A DNA stretch of 63,328 nt, the filler included, from Octopus bimaculoides (taxonomy: Eukaryota): the NCBI RefSeq assembly GCF_001194135.2. It is 5 parts of 4 records of this genome, joined end to end, with 100 filler letters (N's around TTAATTAATTAA, not from the genome) between each part and the next. Parts side by side here need not be neighbours in the genome. Positions count along the whole stretch, not along the records: positions 1 to 20,952 come from NC_068982.1; 4 more parts are not named here. One strand, written 5' to 3'. Position 1 is the first letter of the stretch. Every line of letters starts with the position of its first letter. The notes beneath the pieces were generated by a model. That model made no database searches and had not been told where the DNA came from. It worked only from the letters and a program-made list of their open reading frames with translations. Positions 1 to 12,659 of this stretch are shown piece after piece. The position numbers and the translations under genes are program-made.

Positions 1-136
1 AAAGGGGAGTTAATCTTGTATTTATACATGCAGTATTGACATAAATGTCCATAATTATATATATATATATATATACATATATGTATATACATATATGTAT
101 ATACATATATGTATATACATATATATATATATATAT

Positions 137-173
<37 letters not shown>

Positions 174-1389
174 ATTTCATATATACACATACATATGTGT
201 ACACACATACATACATACACAAACATGCACACATATATACACATACATACACATACATAGACACACTCATTCATATACATACATTTATACGTAAGTACAC
301 ACGGTAGTCGTGTGGTGATGAATACTAAAGCAGTGCTATATGTATAGGAAAATTATGCTTATATTAACTAGTAAGATCTTTTCTTCCCTCCTATCTCATA
401 GCGTTGCAACATCCAACGGTTCTTTTCAAATACGTTACGTAGCAATCTTCTCTATCTACAGTTATCACATTCAGTTAAAATGTCTTACGGTTAAGCTGGT
501 TCCTATGTATTTCCCAGAAGAGAAGATTACATCTTTATCAACATCACCTATTCCTATGGAAGGAACCATTTGTAATCTTCGAAACATATGTTGGAAATAA
601 AAGAATTCATTTAACATATGCGTATTACTCCATTTACTAATTTTTATATTTACTCAATTACCCAAAATAACAGAGAGTTTCTACCCCATAAACAGGAGTT
701 ACACCACAGTCATTTTGTGATCTTTGCTAGCCTGGTATCTATTAACCAATTTATTTTATCGGAGTTAATTATTAACCAAGAGAAAATAAATACATATAAT
801 AGAATNNNNNNNNNNNNNNNNNNNNNNNNNNNNNNNNNNNNNNNNNNNNNNNNNNNNNNNNNNNNNNNNNNNNNNNNNNNNNNNNNNNNNNNNNNNNNNN
901 NNNNNNNNNNNNNNNNNNNNNNNNNNNNNNNNNNNNNNNNNNNNNNNNNNNNNNNNNNNNNNNNNNNNNNNNNNNNNNNNNNNNNNNNNNNNNNNNNNNN
1001 NNNNNNNNNNNNNNNNNNNNNNNNNNNNNNNNNNNNNNNNNNNNNNNNNNNNNNNNNNNNNNNNNNNNNNNNNNNNNNNNNNNNNNNNNNNNNNNNNNNN
1101 NNNNNNNNNNNNNNNNNNNNNNNNNNNNNNNNNNNNNNNNNNNNNNNNNNNNNNNNNNNNNNNNNNNNNNNNNNNNNNNNNNNNNNNNNNNNNNNNNNNN
1201 NNNNNNNNNNNNNNNNNNNNNNNNNNNNNNNNNNNNNNNNNNNNNNNNNNNNNNNNNNNNNNNNNNNNNNNNNNNNNNNNNNNNNNNNNNNNNNNNNNNN
1301 NNNNNNNNNNNNNNNNNNNNNNNNNNNNNNNNNNNNNNNNNNNNNNNNNNNNNNNNNNNNNNNNNNNNNNNNNNNNNNNNNNNNNNNNN

Positions 1390-1447
1390 TGACAGAAGAG
1401 TCTTTAGCTGGGGGTTGCGCGTTTTGAGATCATTCACCTGTTCATAC
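1390..1447 (-). CDS. GH18 chitinase, third visible coding exon (partial, runs into N gap)
   Basis: Minus strand ...tctatccag|G TAT GAA CAG GTG AAT GAT CTC AAA ACG CGC AAC CCC CAG CTA AAG ACT CTT CTG TCA = (L)YEQVNDLKTRNPQLKTLLS. This is the GH18 segment that precedes the (I/V)GGW motif. The phase-2 start completes the TT left by exon 4805-4997 (TT+G = Leu). Confidence 0.9.
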
Positions 1448-1450
1448 CTG

Positions 1451-1495
<45 letters not shown>

Positions 1496-1511
1496 TGTGT
1501 GTGAGAGAGAG

Positions 1512-1563
<52 letters not shown>

Positions 1564-1630
1564 GGAGAGGGAGAGAGAGAGAGGAAGAGTGAGCGAGTAA
1601 ATGAGTGGGTAAGTGAGTGAGTGAGAGAAG
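1451..1630. repeat. Compound microsatellite (GATA)11-(GT)n-(GA)n abutting the chitinase splice acceptor
   Basis: Directly visible; GATA units span 1451-1494. Confidence 0.95.
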
Positions 1631-3405
1631 GGGTTATACACATAATAGGGTTTAGATTCGCTGAGTAAAGATAGCAAGGTTTGATGGTTTGTGATGCTAA
1701 TCAGATGTGATGTTTGTAACGTTTGCAATGTTTGTAATATTTGTTATGTTTGTGAGGTCTGTGATATTTGTTCGTTATGGAATATATAAGATGATAGTCA
1801 GGTACCCACGCTAAAGGAATTGAATCAATGAAACAAACTAGGTTCACAAAACCTATCCTTTGAACTGTAGCCGATAGTTTAGACTATTAGTTATTTAGAA
1901 TGAAGCAGGTGGATCATGGTGGGATCAGTAGATCTCTAGGCTAAATACTTTGTACTGAGTTAATTTACCTTGATCATTTAATTTATTAACTGAAATCCTT
2001 TCGGAAATGGCTTTAGCTTTCATCCTACTGAGGTCTATTAACTAAGTACCAGTCATGTAATGAGAGATGTTTTGTAGCTTATACCATCTCCAAAAGTATG
2101 TTGCTTTGTAGAAATAATTATTGTTATAAGGCTGTGGTGACATGGCGTAAGGTAGTGATACAGAAAATCACAGATTTGTCTTCTCTCATTGCCTCAACAC
2201 TCTGACAATGGTCACATGTAGCGTTTCTCGTTATTTAGTCAGAGGACGAAGGACAGCGCCTATCACCTTTTCAAGGACACTGAGACTATCGGGAAGAAGG
2301 GCAGTGTCTTTCACCTTTTTCAAGGATTCCAAGTGGTCTGGCCCTAATCCTTACAACAAAGTGAATGCCACAAAAGGCACTAAGGCTTACGTGTTGGTGT
2401 TATATCGGTGTTAAATGGGTTGGATCTATATAATAAGAAAACACAGGTCACTCTATGGAGCTTCAATACAGTTTCATATTTCACTCACAAATCTTTGGTC
2501 GTTGCGTAGTTATAGTAGAAAGGAATTGTCAAAGGAGTTAAGCAAGGTCAAACCCAAGACCATATAGCTGCAAATAGAACTTCATCACACAGCCTTGTCT
2601 GGGCCCATAGTTCTAAGATAACGACGTTATGAGTGTCGTGTAGTATGATATAATCCTGCGGTAACAACAATGACTAATTGATAAGATATTTGTTAGGCGG
2701 CAGTGGTGAGTTTAAATTCTTCCTACAACGACTTATCAGAATTGTTACAGAGTCAAAACTCCTACACTAGAATTTAGATAACAGCGATAGGTTTGATTAG
2801 TCGAACTTCAGAAAAGTCTTGGATATTTTTATTGTTATAGATTGTATCTGTAGAGTGTATGTTAGCTGGTTACTTTCTTTGAATGAAAATCCTTGCTTTC
2901 CGAGATTGTCACTTAGAGATTTACTAACATAACATAGTGCATCAATAATTATCTTTGTAAAATGTGAATTTGTAATCTAATAGAGAAGCTGCAAGATTCG
3001 AAACAGTTTTCTTTAAATATTCTCTTTTTCACTGATTTAGGAACAAATATTCTCACCTGAAGGACAGCTAACTCTTATGACTATACATATTTTTTTCTTT
3101 TCTGTCATAAACATCTGTCAAGCCTGTTATGTTTGTGCTTGGAGGCAGTTTTGAAGCAAATGTGTCATCAGTGTTTTTTGTGTTGAATAAATTCAATAAC
3201 AAAAGTAGTCTCTGTATTTATTCCAAAGCAGTCTTTCCTCTAGGTGGTGCTTCAATACTGTTTTAGTAACAATGCTTGGCAAAATTGGAGATAGTAGCGC
3301 AATTACATTTTTGAGCAGATGCTAATCACGTATTATATCTTCTAAGAAATGTGACATAATCAACATCTGAAGCAGCATTGGTGAGGGGGATGCGATTAAA
3401 AGTTA

Positions 3406-3485
<80 letters not shown>

Positions 3486-4340
3486 TGTGTGTGTGTGTAT
3501 GTGTATATGTGCGTGCACTTATGAATGCATGATGTATTTATGTGTGCATTCAAGTATTTATTCATGTGTGCATGTATGAACAAGCAAGTGTGTATACTTA
3601 TGTACGTTTGTAGGGATGTGAGTATATCACGGAAAAGCTCCGAAACAAAAAATATATATAATTTACTATGAGAAATAACTCAACTTTTAGATCACCAAAT
3701 TTACCCCTCTCTATCTGTCTCTATCAGGCTCTCTCTTCAACTCTCTCTCTCTATATATATATTTATCACACTCTTTATCATTCTCTCTGTATATGTATAT
3801 TTTTCACGCATGTTGCGCCCTCCCTCTCTCCATCTCATGATATGACATACAATGCAATAGCAACAGCGTCTGTCTAGCTCTATGTAAATTATTTACATGC
3901 CTCTCCGACCATTTTACATAACTTTATTCACTAAAACTTAAAACTTGTTAAAGCTTCTTACAACTTTCGTTGTTGTAATGTTTTGCTTTCGTTTAGTTTA
4001 AAACTTCGTCGACTCAATTGTTTTCATTTTGTGATAGAGAACTATCATGCAGAGAATGCTAGCGTTCAAGTCCTTTTTCTGATTGGGCAAAAATGATCAA
4101 AACTTTAAAGCTCTGTAGCATTTTTCAAAACTTTTTCTGGAATAAATGAATCACAAAATCGGATTCGGCGTGAAAATGTACATTAAGAAACTAAATTTTC
4201 ACTTAATTTTAAGATCTAAAAATCTGTGATAATAACAGAAAGGATCCCTCTATATATAAATTTACCACCACCTCTCTCTCTCTCTCTCTCTTCGTATATG
4301 TATATCACTCACGATGAGAGTGTTTATGTTTGTGTGAGTT

Positions 4341-4383
<43 letters not shown>

Positions 4384-4804
4384 ATCTGTGTAAGTGTATG
4401 TGTGTGTTTGTGAGTGTGTGTGCGCACACGTATGAGTGTGTGCATGTTTGTGTGCGTGTATGTGTCAGTGTGTGTATATGTATGTGTGTAAGGAATTTCA
4501 TTAGGGCGACAAAATCCAAATACCCTCAAAAAGCTTTTGCAATAAGTTAAGAAAAATCTTTACATTTATACACCAAATGGGAAAACAAAAATTTAGTTAA
4601 TCAATACATTATAAATTGCCCCAAATAATACAGAAATCTGCTCTGATCAAGAGGCCTATCTCTCAGAGAAAACATGATCTGGGATGGAATAAAAAAAAGT
4701 ATTGAAATAAAGGGATTCTATTGTTAAAATTGCCGGTAACGACGGGATACTCAACTAGCAAACTACAAGAATTATTAGAAAAGAAATATGATACAATCAC
4801 TTAC

Positions 4805-4997
4805 AATCCCTTTGACCATGGTGTACTTTTATCATTCCATTCGGCAGGCTGTAACTTGTAGTTAGTAACTTTAGCAAATGCGAAGCAAATATGGGTGCAT
4901 AATTGCGGGTCAATATCACTTGGAAGAAATTTTCCAGCACCTTTTCTGTACTGGGACCAGTTGGTATAGTAACATACTCGACGGAGCTCACCTGCAA
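4805..4997 (-). CDS. GH18 chitinase, second coding exon (start of catalytic TIM barrel)
   Basis: Translation (VA)GELRRVCYYTNWSQYRKGAGKFLPSDIDPQLCTHICFAFAKVTNYKLQPAEWNDKSTPWSKG(L) matches the animal GH18 N-terminal signature VCYYTNWSQYR...DPxLCTH...AFA. Acceptor catttatttccag (alternative ttgcag at 4992), donor GATT|gtaagt. This frame is not in the ORF track. Confidence 0.93.
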
Positions 4998-5357
4998 CTG
5001 GAAATAAATGTTATTAATAGAATTAATTTAAAATCTCAGGATTTTAAGCGATATCTATGTACTATACATGCACCTTTGATAAGTTGTAGTGCACCTGAGC
5101 ACTATACTCAATAATTTCATTATTATCATTACTATATGGTTTTAGATTATGTATTTTTACATAAAAAAGAACACGATGGTCAACTTGGAAAATTCTTTGA
5201 TCAAGATTGATCTGGAACTAACCAACAAGAATAATAACGCATCCTTTTACGTTCTGAATGCAACTCCTGACTGACTATATTACTTTCCATGATAGCATTC
5301 CCTCGTCTAAGAAATAGATAAGTAATAATTCTGAATCTATAAACGTTGGATACGTAC

Positions 5358-5427
5358 CAATGCTCACTGTAGTAGACAACAACAGCAGCAGGAGAGGCGA
5401 GAGTGAAGTAATGCTTGCTCTTTCCAT
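5358..5427 (-). CDS. GH18 chitinase, first coding exon (signal peptide)
   Basis: ATG at 5427 gives MERASITSLSPLLLLLLSTTVSI plus 1 nt, a hydrophobic signal peptide. Donor G|gtacgt is phase 1 and matches the next exon. An acceptor ttatttttttgcag lies 9 nt upstream of the ATG, so the exon starts at 5436. Confidence 0.85.
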
Positions 5428-5616
5428 TTTGTTGCACTGCAAAAAAATAATGACGAACTTGTAGCTTTTACAGACTATTTATATATGTATCCTGTCACGG
5501 ATGTAAGTGGGTTTGTCTCTAAAGCTAAGTGTGTATATTTCTGTGCGCGCACACGTGTGTGTGTGTGTGTGTGTGTACGTGTGTGTGTGTGTNNNNNNNN
5601 NNGTGTGTGTGTGTGT

Positions 5617-5657
<41 letters not shown>

Positions 5658-6079
5658 TGTATGTGTGTGAGACTCTCTGTGTGTGTTAGTATTTGTGTGC
5701 GCGCGCGTGGCTATAACTTTCAGTTTCTGTATATTTCGCTTTCTCTCTTTCTCTCTCCATCCAAGTACACAAGCATACAAAGACACAAACTCTTAAACAG
5801 ACACCCACCCACACACACACGCACACTATCATACGAACAAACGATAAACTTAGCTAGTGTGCCAGGCAACAAAGCAAAACAAAATACAAAGAAAGACTAT
5901 ATCAAATCACAAAAAGAAAAAAAATGACCTGTTCTCAGAGAAATGACACAGGTTTGACTCGATAAATCAAAGGAACAATTTCCTCAACGCACCTTCCTAT
6001 GACCCCATTATCGGCGCAGGTACGATCAGGAGAGCAGTTGCATGGAAATATAACCTTTCCCCAACTCACGAGACCAAAC

Positions 6080-6470
6080 CCGCCGCACCCATCCGTAACT
6101 GCAGCACCCAACAAGTCTTTGGTTCTGTGAGGTACTCCCTACCCATAACGATGTAGCAGATCAGAGGTTTCCAATCAGGAGAACTGGGAGGCCGCGTGGT
6201 TACATGATTTAGTGGACACATGATAACAGGTTTTCCCTCATCTTGCCGAACACAACACTTGTACCTGATGTTCTTTGTGCAGTATGAGTCTGATGGTGGA
6301 CCCCGCCACCGCTAGGTGTTCGGCAATGGTCCTCATTGACCCATTGTGGTTGATGTTGATAAACTCCCAGATCTCCTGGATGCTCACTGCTGTGAATATT
6401 AATTTCTCTTGGTCTCGAATGTCAGAGGTTTCTAGGACTTTCTTGGCACTGAACATATAGATCTGATTAC
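6080..6470 (-). mobile_element. Degenerate, internally deleted Tc1/mariner transposase remnant
   Basis: HTH-like segment SMRTIAEHLAVAGSTIRLILHK (ORF 6238-6456) is followed by RPPSSPDWKPLICY, resembling the WPPxSPDxNPxDY motif. Confidence 0.6.
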
Positions 6471-6774
6471 GTTCAAGAAGCTAGTGATCTCTGAAACATT
6501 ATTGTTGGCACAACACGACATGCCTTTTCATTTCTTTTATCACATTAGAATCTTACAAGTTGATGCTGGCGATATGTCTGAAAGAGAAGTTAGGAAGTTA
6601 AAATTTGTTGCATGCTGCATGACATTACGTTCAGTCATTTTCCATTTATATCTCTTTAAATGTCCCTTTAATGCTGTATTCACAATTACAAAGCGCACAC
6701 TATATACAAAAACTTATTCTACTGAAGTTGAGGCAATAACTTTTACACAAACATACAAGCAGACTTACACATTC

Positions 6775-7117
<343 letters not shown>

Positions 7118-7427
7118 CATGCTTTTTAGTCTCTCCTTCTGATGAAGGTTAATCTCTGCTATATTAAATCCCTTTCCCTTTACATCAAAGCGTTAAGATA
7201 ACGCCATCTTTGTCAAACATTGCTCCACCTGTGTTGTTCTGTTATCATTCAATGAATCTCTACAACACGCGCGTGCGCTCACATACCCATACACATTTAC
7301 ACACTCATATATGAATGTATGTATGTATGTATGTATGTATGTATGTATGTATGTATGTGTGTGTGTATGTATGTATGTGTATGCATGTGCAGATGATGAT
7401 GATGATGATGAAAAGGGGGACGATAGG

Positions 7428-7499
<72 letters not shown>

Positions 7500-9558
7500 T
7501 ATCCCCATAGAACGAGAAAGAAGAATTAACATGCGTAGTATAAACATGTTTATATGTGCACATGTTGAGAGCTTTGGGATACAGCAGAGACGAGACGGCA
7601 GATGGACGGCAGACAGACGCGGAGAGCTATTGACAACAGCGACAACGAAACATTCAGCGACAGAGACACTGACCAGCAGTTAACATTTTGACTATTATTA
7701 CAATTACACCAAAAGCAATAACACTCAAATTCTCTCGATATCTTATTGCTCGTAGTAACGACAGTATTTGATTTTTGTGTACGAAAAGAATAAACATTTT
7801 GTTTGTCAATAAATCGCTGCCTTCTCCAGTGTTCTTTTTCGTACGTACCAAATAGTTTCTTATCTTCTTAATTACCCAGCTATGCCTGTTGACAATAGCT
7901 CGAACATGAAAAGTATCAAAATAACCTTTCCTTTATCAGCCTAAGAATGCATCACGTTAAATGACAGCAAGCTTCCTCCTTTCGAAGACTTATACTGCTT
8001 CTGTTGCTGTTTATTACCAAATCAAGCCTTATCGAAGACACCAATGATCAAGAGCATTCCAGCCACCCAACCTTTATTTTTTTTTCTAAGAAATAATGCA
8101 CCTAGAACCACTATTCTTTTAAATAAAACTGTAATATAGGATTTCCCGATATTTCCCTCCCGTTTCTGGTATGTCCACTCTGCAGACACCCCCATCGGCT
8201 GGCGAAAATGAATACGTTGAAATATTTACACTCACGTTTCAATGTTAATATTATATACGTGGTTTTGGTGTCCTACTATGTAAACCTCCATACTAAAAGA
8301 ACATTCCTTGTTTAGCTAAAATCATGCAATCTACCACTCAACGACTGATTTACCTATTCTAATAAGACTAAGGCATGTAGTCTTTTAAACTTACTCACTC
8401 TATGTTTATCACTCGTCTAATATGATACAAATGCTTATCTTGCTCGACTCTCTGTTTCCCAAGCTGTCAATCTGTTTTTATTATACATCTTCAAGAAACC
8501 TTATTTAGTACATTATTCTATCCATTTCCAGTAATATCAAAATTGTAAGTTATCGAAGAAAACTAGGACATATAGCGTTACACATACGAAATATATTTCG
8601 CACTTACTGAAGTGACTGAAAAAATTGTATCAGATATGTCCCCAAGTTGAAATTTTCAAATCATAACAATTTCGACAACATTTATGTGCTAATACAAATC
8701 AATGTGGTTGGCTAAAAATGTTTAATCAACTAAAATTGCATTCGTAGTGAGGAGGAAAAGCTGTTGTATAATGGTCAATATCGATCAAGAAAGCAAGGGA
8801 ATATCTTATTTTTATATTGTTTAGTCAGTAGTGTTTATCATGGTTACTGTGACTGGAAGGGAGGAAGTTATCCCAAGACTTGAGAGTTAAATGGAATGAA
8901 TGCAACAGAGTATATCCCGTTAAAGGCGACCAAAGGTCACAAAGTGGTTTAAACCAATTAAAGCTACCACTCATGAACAGGAGAATAGGCTGAGCCCACC
9001 CAATGGGCTACCATGCAGTTTCCATCAACAAAAGGTCACAGCAAATACTTTGTTTGACCCGAGGCTATTGTCCAAGATACCGCGATGGCTATAGACATCG
9101 ATTAACATAGAATATCTATATAAATACATAAAATGTGAAACTTTCCCTGACAATTTGTCGAGTTTTCTTAAAATACCATTAATAATCTTAAACTTGATCG
9201 TTATCATGTGATACAATTAAAATCTTTCTTACATTTTGTCATTGAAGAAAATATCATTTTTTAAACAAGAGTTCAACAGTTATCGATAACCATTTTGAAG
9301 AAAATATAAAGGTTGTTGTTTATCCCTAATTCACTTCTAATTTATTAGATTTATGATCAAAGGTGTTCCAGCCCTGCCCATCACATCATTTAAGGGACAT
9401 GTAAGTCAACATGATTTAATGTGTTCTTCCAATCTTTCAGACTGTCAAGTGTAACATGAAAGCCATTTAGTTGCTTTTTCTAGGAGGCTGAGCAATCATT
9501 TAGAGTCTCTCTAGTTAACTCATAAAACAATAGGCAGTAATATACAGTAAAGCATAAG

Positions 9559-9997
9559 GCAGCGAGCTGGCAGAGTCGTTAGCACGCCCGGCGAAATGCT
9601 TAGCGGCATTTCGTCCGTCTCATGTTCTGAGNNNNNNNNNNNNNNNNNNNNNNNNNNNNNNNNNNNNNNNNNNNNNNNNNNNNNNNNNNNNNNNNNNNNN
9701 NNNNNNNNNNNNNNNNNNNNNNNNNNNNNNNNNNNNNNNNNNNNNNNNNNNNNNNNNNNNNNNNNNNNNNNNNNNNNNNNNNNNNNNNNNNNNNNNNNNN
9801 NNNNNNNNNNNNNNNNNNNNNNNNNNNNNNNNNNNNNNGCTTAGCGGCATTTCGTCCGTATTCAAATTTCGCCGAGGTCGACTTTGTCTTTCATTCTTTT
9901 GGGGTTAACAAAATAAATACCAGTTGAGCACTGGGGTCGATGTAATCGACTTACCCCTCCCCCGAAATTGCTGGCCTTGTGCAAAACATTTGAAACC
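9559..9997 (+). mobile_element. tRNA-derived SINE family A (GGCGAGCTGGCAGAA...CCTTTCATCCTTTCGGGGTCGATAAA type), split by gap
   Basis: Matches the family seen more completely at 62038-62272. Further copies or fragments lie near 18050, 26670(-), 30350(-), 31740, 33800(-), 35590(-), 36465, 40545(-), 43640(-), 43900(-), 46770(-) and 61510. Confidence 0.85.
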
Positions 9998-10558
9998 AAT
10001 ATGTAGTGAGGTATTAGTGTTTATGTTTCAAGTAGAAAACAACTGGAATCATTTCAGATATACAAAATATATGCATAGTAAAAACTTTGATCTCCAACGT
10101 GAAGAACATAAAACTACCCGGCACGATAACGTTCTTTGAAAATAAGAAACTATTTCAGTTCTGTACTGAAAAACTCAGATATTGTTTCGTGATAAGAAAA
10201 AACGTTACAGGTGACATTAATTATAATTTCAAAACAACCTTCTAAAGGTCGTCTGTGATTAGGAAACAGAGGAATAAGTAAAGGTGAGTATTGTTGATTT
10301 TGCGTGAAGTTAATTTCCTTATCATTTAATTTTGTTTCGAATTATTGTGTCTACTTTCCTTTTAAACAGTGATGCTTGTACTTGTTCAATCCTTTGCAGC
10401 ACTCCCAGTATTATATTTCACGTAGTAGGGTTGTTATTTCAGTCGAGATAATTTTATAATTGACCTATTTTGTGCACTTTCAACGAAAATTGCATAGTAA
10501 TACATTGTATATTATAGTCTAGGAAACACGCGCGCACGCACACACGCGCGCGCGCGCG

Positions 10559-10599
<41 letters not shown>

Positions 10600-12203
10600 G
10601 CACGCACGCACGCACGCACGCGCGCGCACAGATAAATACACACGGCGAGAGAGGTGTTTGTACACCTGGGGCGAAAATTGTTAGTTCCCTCAAATCGTGA
10701 GCAAATCCATGACTAGGATAATAGAAGAGGTAATAGAAAAATTCGATTTAAATACAATAGATCAAAAGGAAGCTGAAACAATGAAGGATGGGAAGAAAGA
10801 AAGAAAGAAACAAAGAGAGAAACAAACAAAGGGGAAGGGAAAAGGTGACATCATATAAAGCCGGAAATGAGTCGCATTGGTGGAGAGAAGTTGTCAGCTA
10901 GGAAATTAGGTGTATATGGTGAATAGATGTGTGTTTATGGAGAGGCAGTGTGAGTGTGTGGAAGTGTGTGCTGTGCGTTTGGTGTAAGCGAGTGAAAGGG
11001 GGTAGTGTGTATTATTGTATGTATGCAACAGGTGATTCAGATTCTTATTATTGAGGTAAAGGTTTAAGGTATGTGTGCGCGTGTGTGTGCGCGAGCGTGC
11101 ATTAATATGTATCTATGCAAGAATTTGTGCACATGTATATGTGCTAGTGCATATTATGGATCTTTGTGGTTCTCGTCCCTATTTACAATTTTATTCTAAT
11201 TGTTTTTAAATTTGGTATATAGATTAAGTTTTGTATAGTAATTATGAAAATGAAATTCATTTGTCTTATAAATCCATAATTAAAAAGTTGTTAGCCTTTA
11301 AAATTTGTAAAATTTGAGCATTTTAACCAATCAGAAGCGAATATTTTAGACATCACCGTGACGAAGAAGTCTGTTACTATAGTAACCAAAGCAAAGAAGC
11401 ACCACGTGTTCAATAGCTGAATGCGAAAAGCTCTGTTTCTATAGGAACCAAAAGCTGCTGAGTATGCGCACAAGGAGTGCAACTACCACGTGTTCTATAA
11501 TTGTTTGTTTTCATAACAGATGGGACTCACGCTCGACAAACTGAAAGTACCTGGGCATGGCTGACTCTTATATTTGTGAATTTATGTGGAGAATGGGATA
11601 CGTGAAAGATAACTTACTTTATAAAACCATAGAGTGTGTTGCAAACTTTCGTTCTTGAACTTTTTTTAACTAATAAATGTCTGTTTTAAACATTCTTTTG
11701 ACCGTTATTTCTAGCAATTCCTGTTGGCTTGTTCGTAGCTTTTGAATATTTAATTTGCTCGTGGATGTTTTAATATTATCTTTGCTCGTGTATATTTTAA
11801 TGTTTTGACTGCTATTTCTAGCAACTCCTGCTGGTTTGTTTGTTCGTAACTTCTAAATATTCAATTTTCTCGCGTAGCCAGTTTAATGTTTTGACATGCC
11901 GATGCCCTCCGATCCATGACGGAAGAGGTAGCGAACGCGCTGTTTTCTGATTGGCTGAAAATTCTGAAAATTATCAAACTTTGATCACCTGTAACATTTT
12001 ATCAACATTTTTCTGGAATAACTGAATAACAAATTCAAATTCAGCGTCAAAAATTACAACTATATGATACATTCAAAAAACTTTTTAAAGATAATTGTAA
12101 ACAGTGACGAAAACCACAAAGATCCCATATTACAACCACGTGAGCATCTCATGTTGGTATGCGTATGTATGTATGTATGTATGTATGTATTACGTACGTA
12201 TGT

Positions 12204-12396
12204 GTCCTGACTTTAAGGGTATCGCGAAGGGCCTGGCTGGAGGCTCAACCTTCCGGGTTCTTTTACGGGTCTTAGAAAACTGAAGGATGCTGCAATATGT
12301 GTGTGAATCTGTGAGGGGAATATGTTGGTTAAAATCATAATTAGCCGATCGTCTTGGATTTTCTTTTACCCAAAGCCGGAAATTTTTCAGCACCTA
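12204..12396 (+). mobile_element. Mariner-derived MITE (copy 1)
   Basis: About 200 nt, clearly homologous to 49231-49426. It ends in caaagccggaaatttttcagcacc, the reverse complement of the other copy's left end ggtgttgaaaagttcctggcttt. Confidence 0.75.
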
Positions 12397-12659
12397 CACT
12401 ATATCTTTTATCTTTTACTTGTTTCAGTCATTAGATTGCGGCCATATTCAGGAACCGCCCTGAAGAATTATCGACACCAATATTTATTTTTTAAAAGCCT
12501 GGTACTTATTCTAGCGTTCCTTTTTGCCGAACCGCTATATCACGGAGACGTAAACATGCCAAGAAAACTGAGTTTGTCCTTCAACCTATTCGTGACCATC
12601 ATCCCGCACTGCCCCTACTGTATATGCTGCTGAGAGAGCCTTAAAAACTGTTTCCTCTT

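Noticed and set aside
7136-7175. CTGATGAAGG hammerhead-like start
   Set aside because: There is no stem II and no downstream GAAA.
9598-9860. Repeated gcttagcggcatttcgtccgt on both sides of a gap
   Set aside because: Probably a contig overlap or two copies of a high-copy SINE; not informative.
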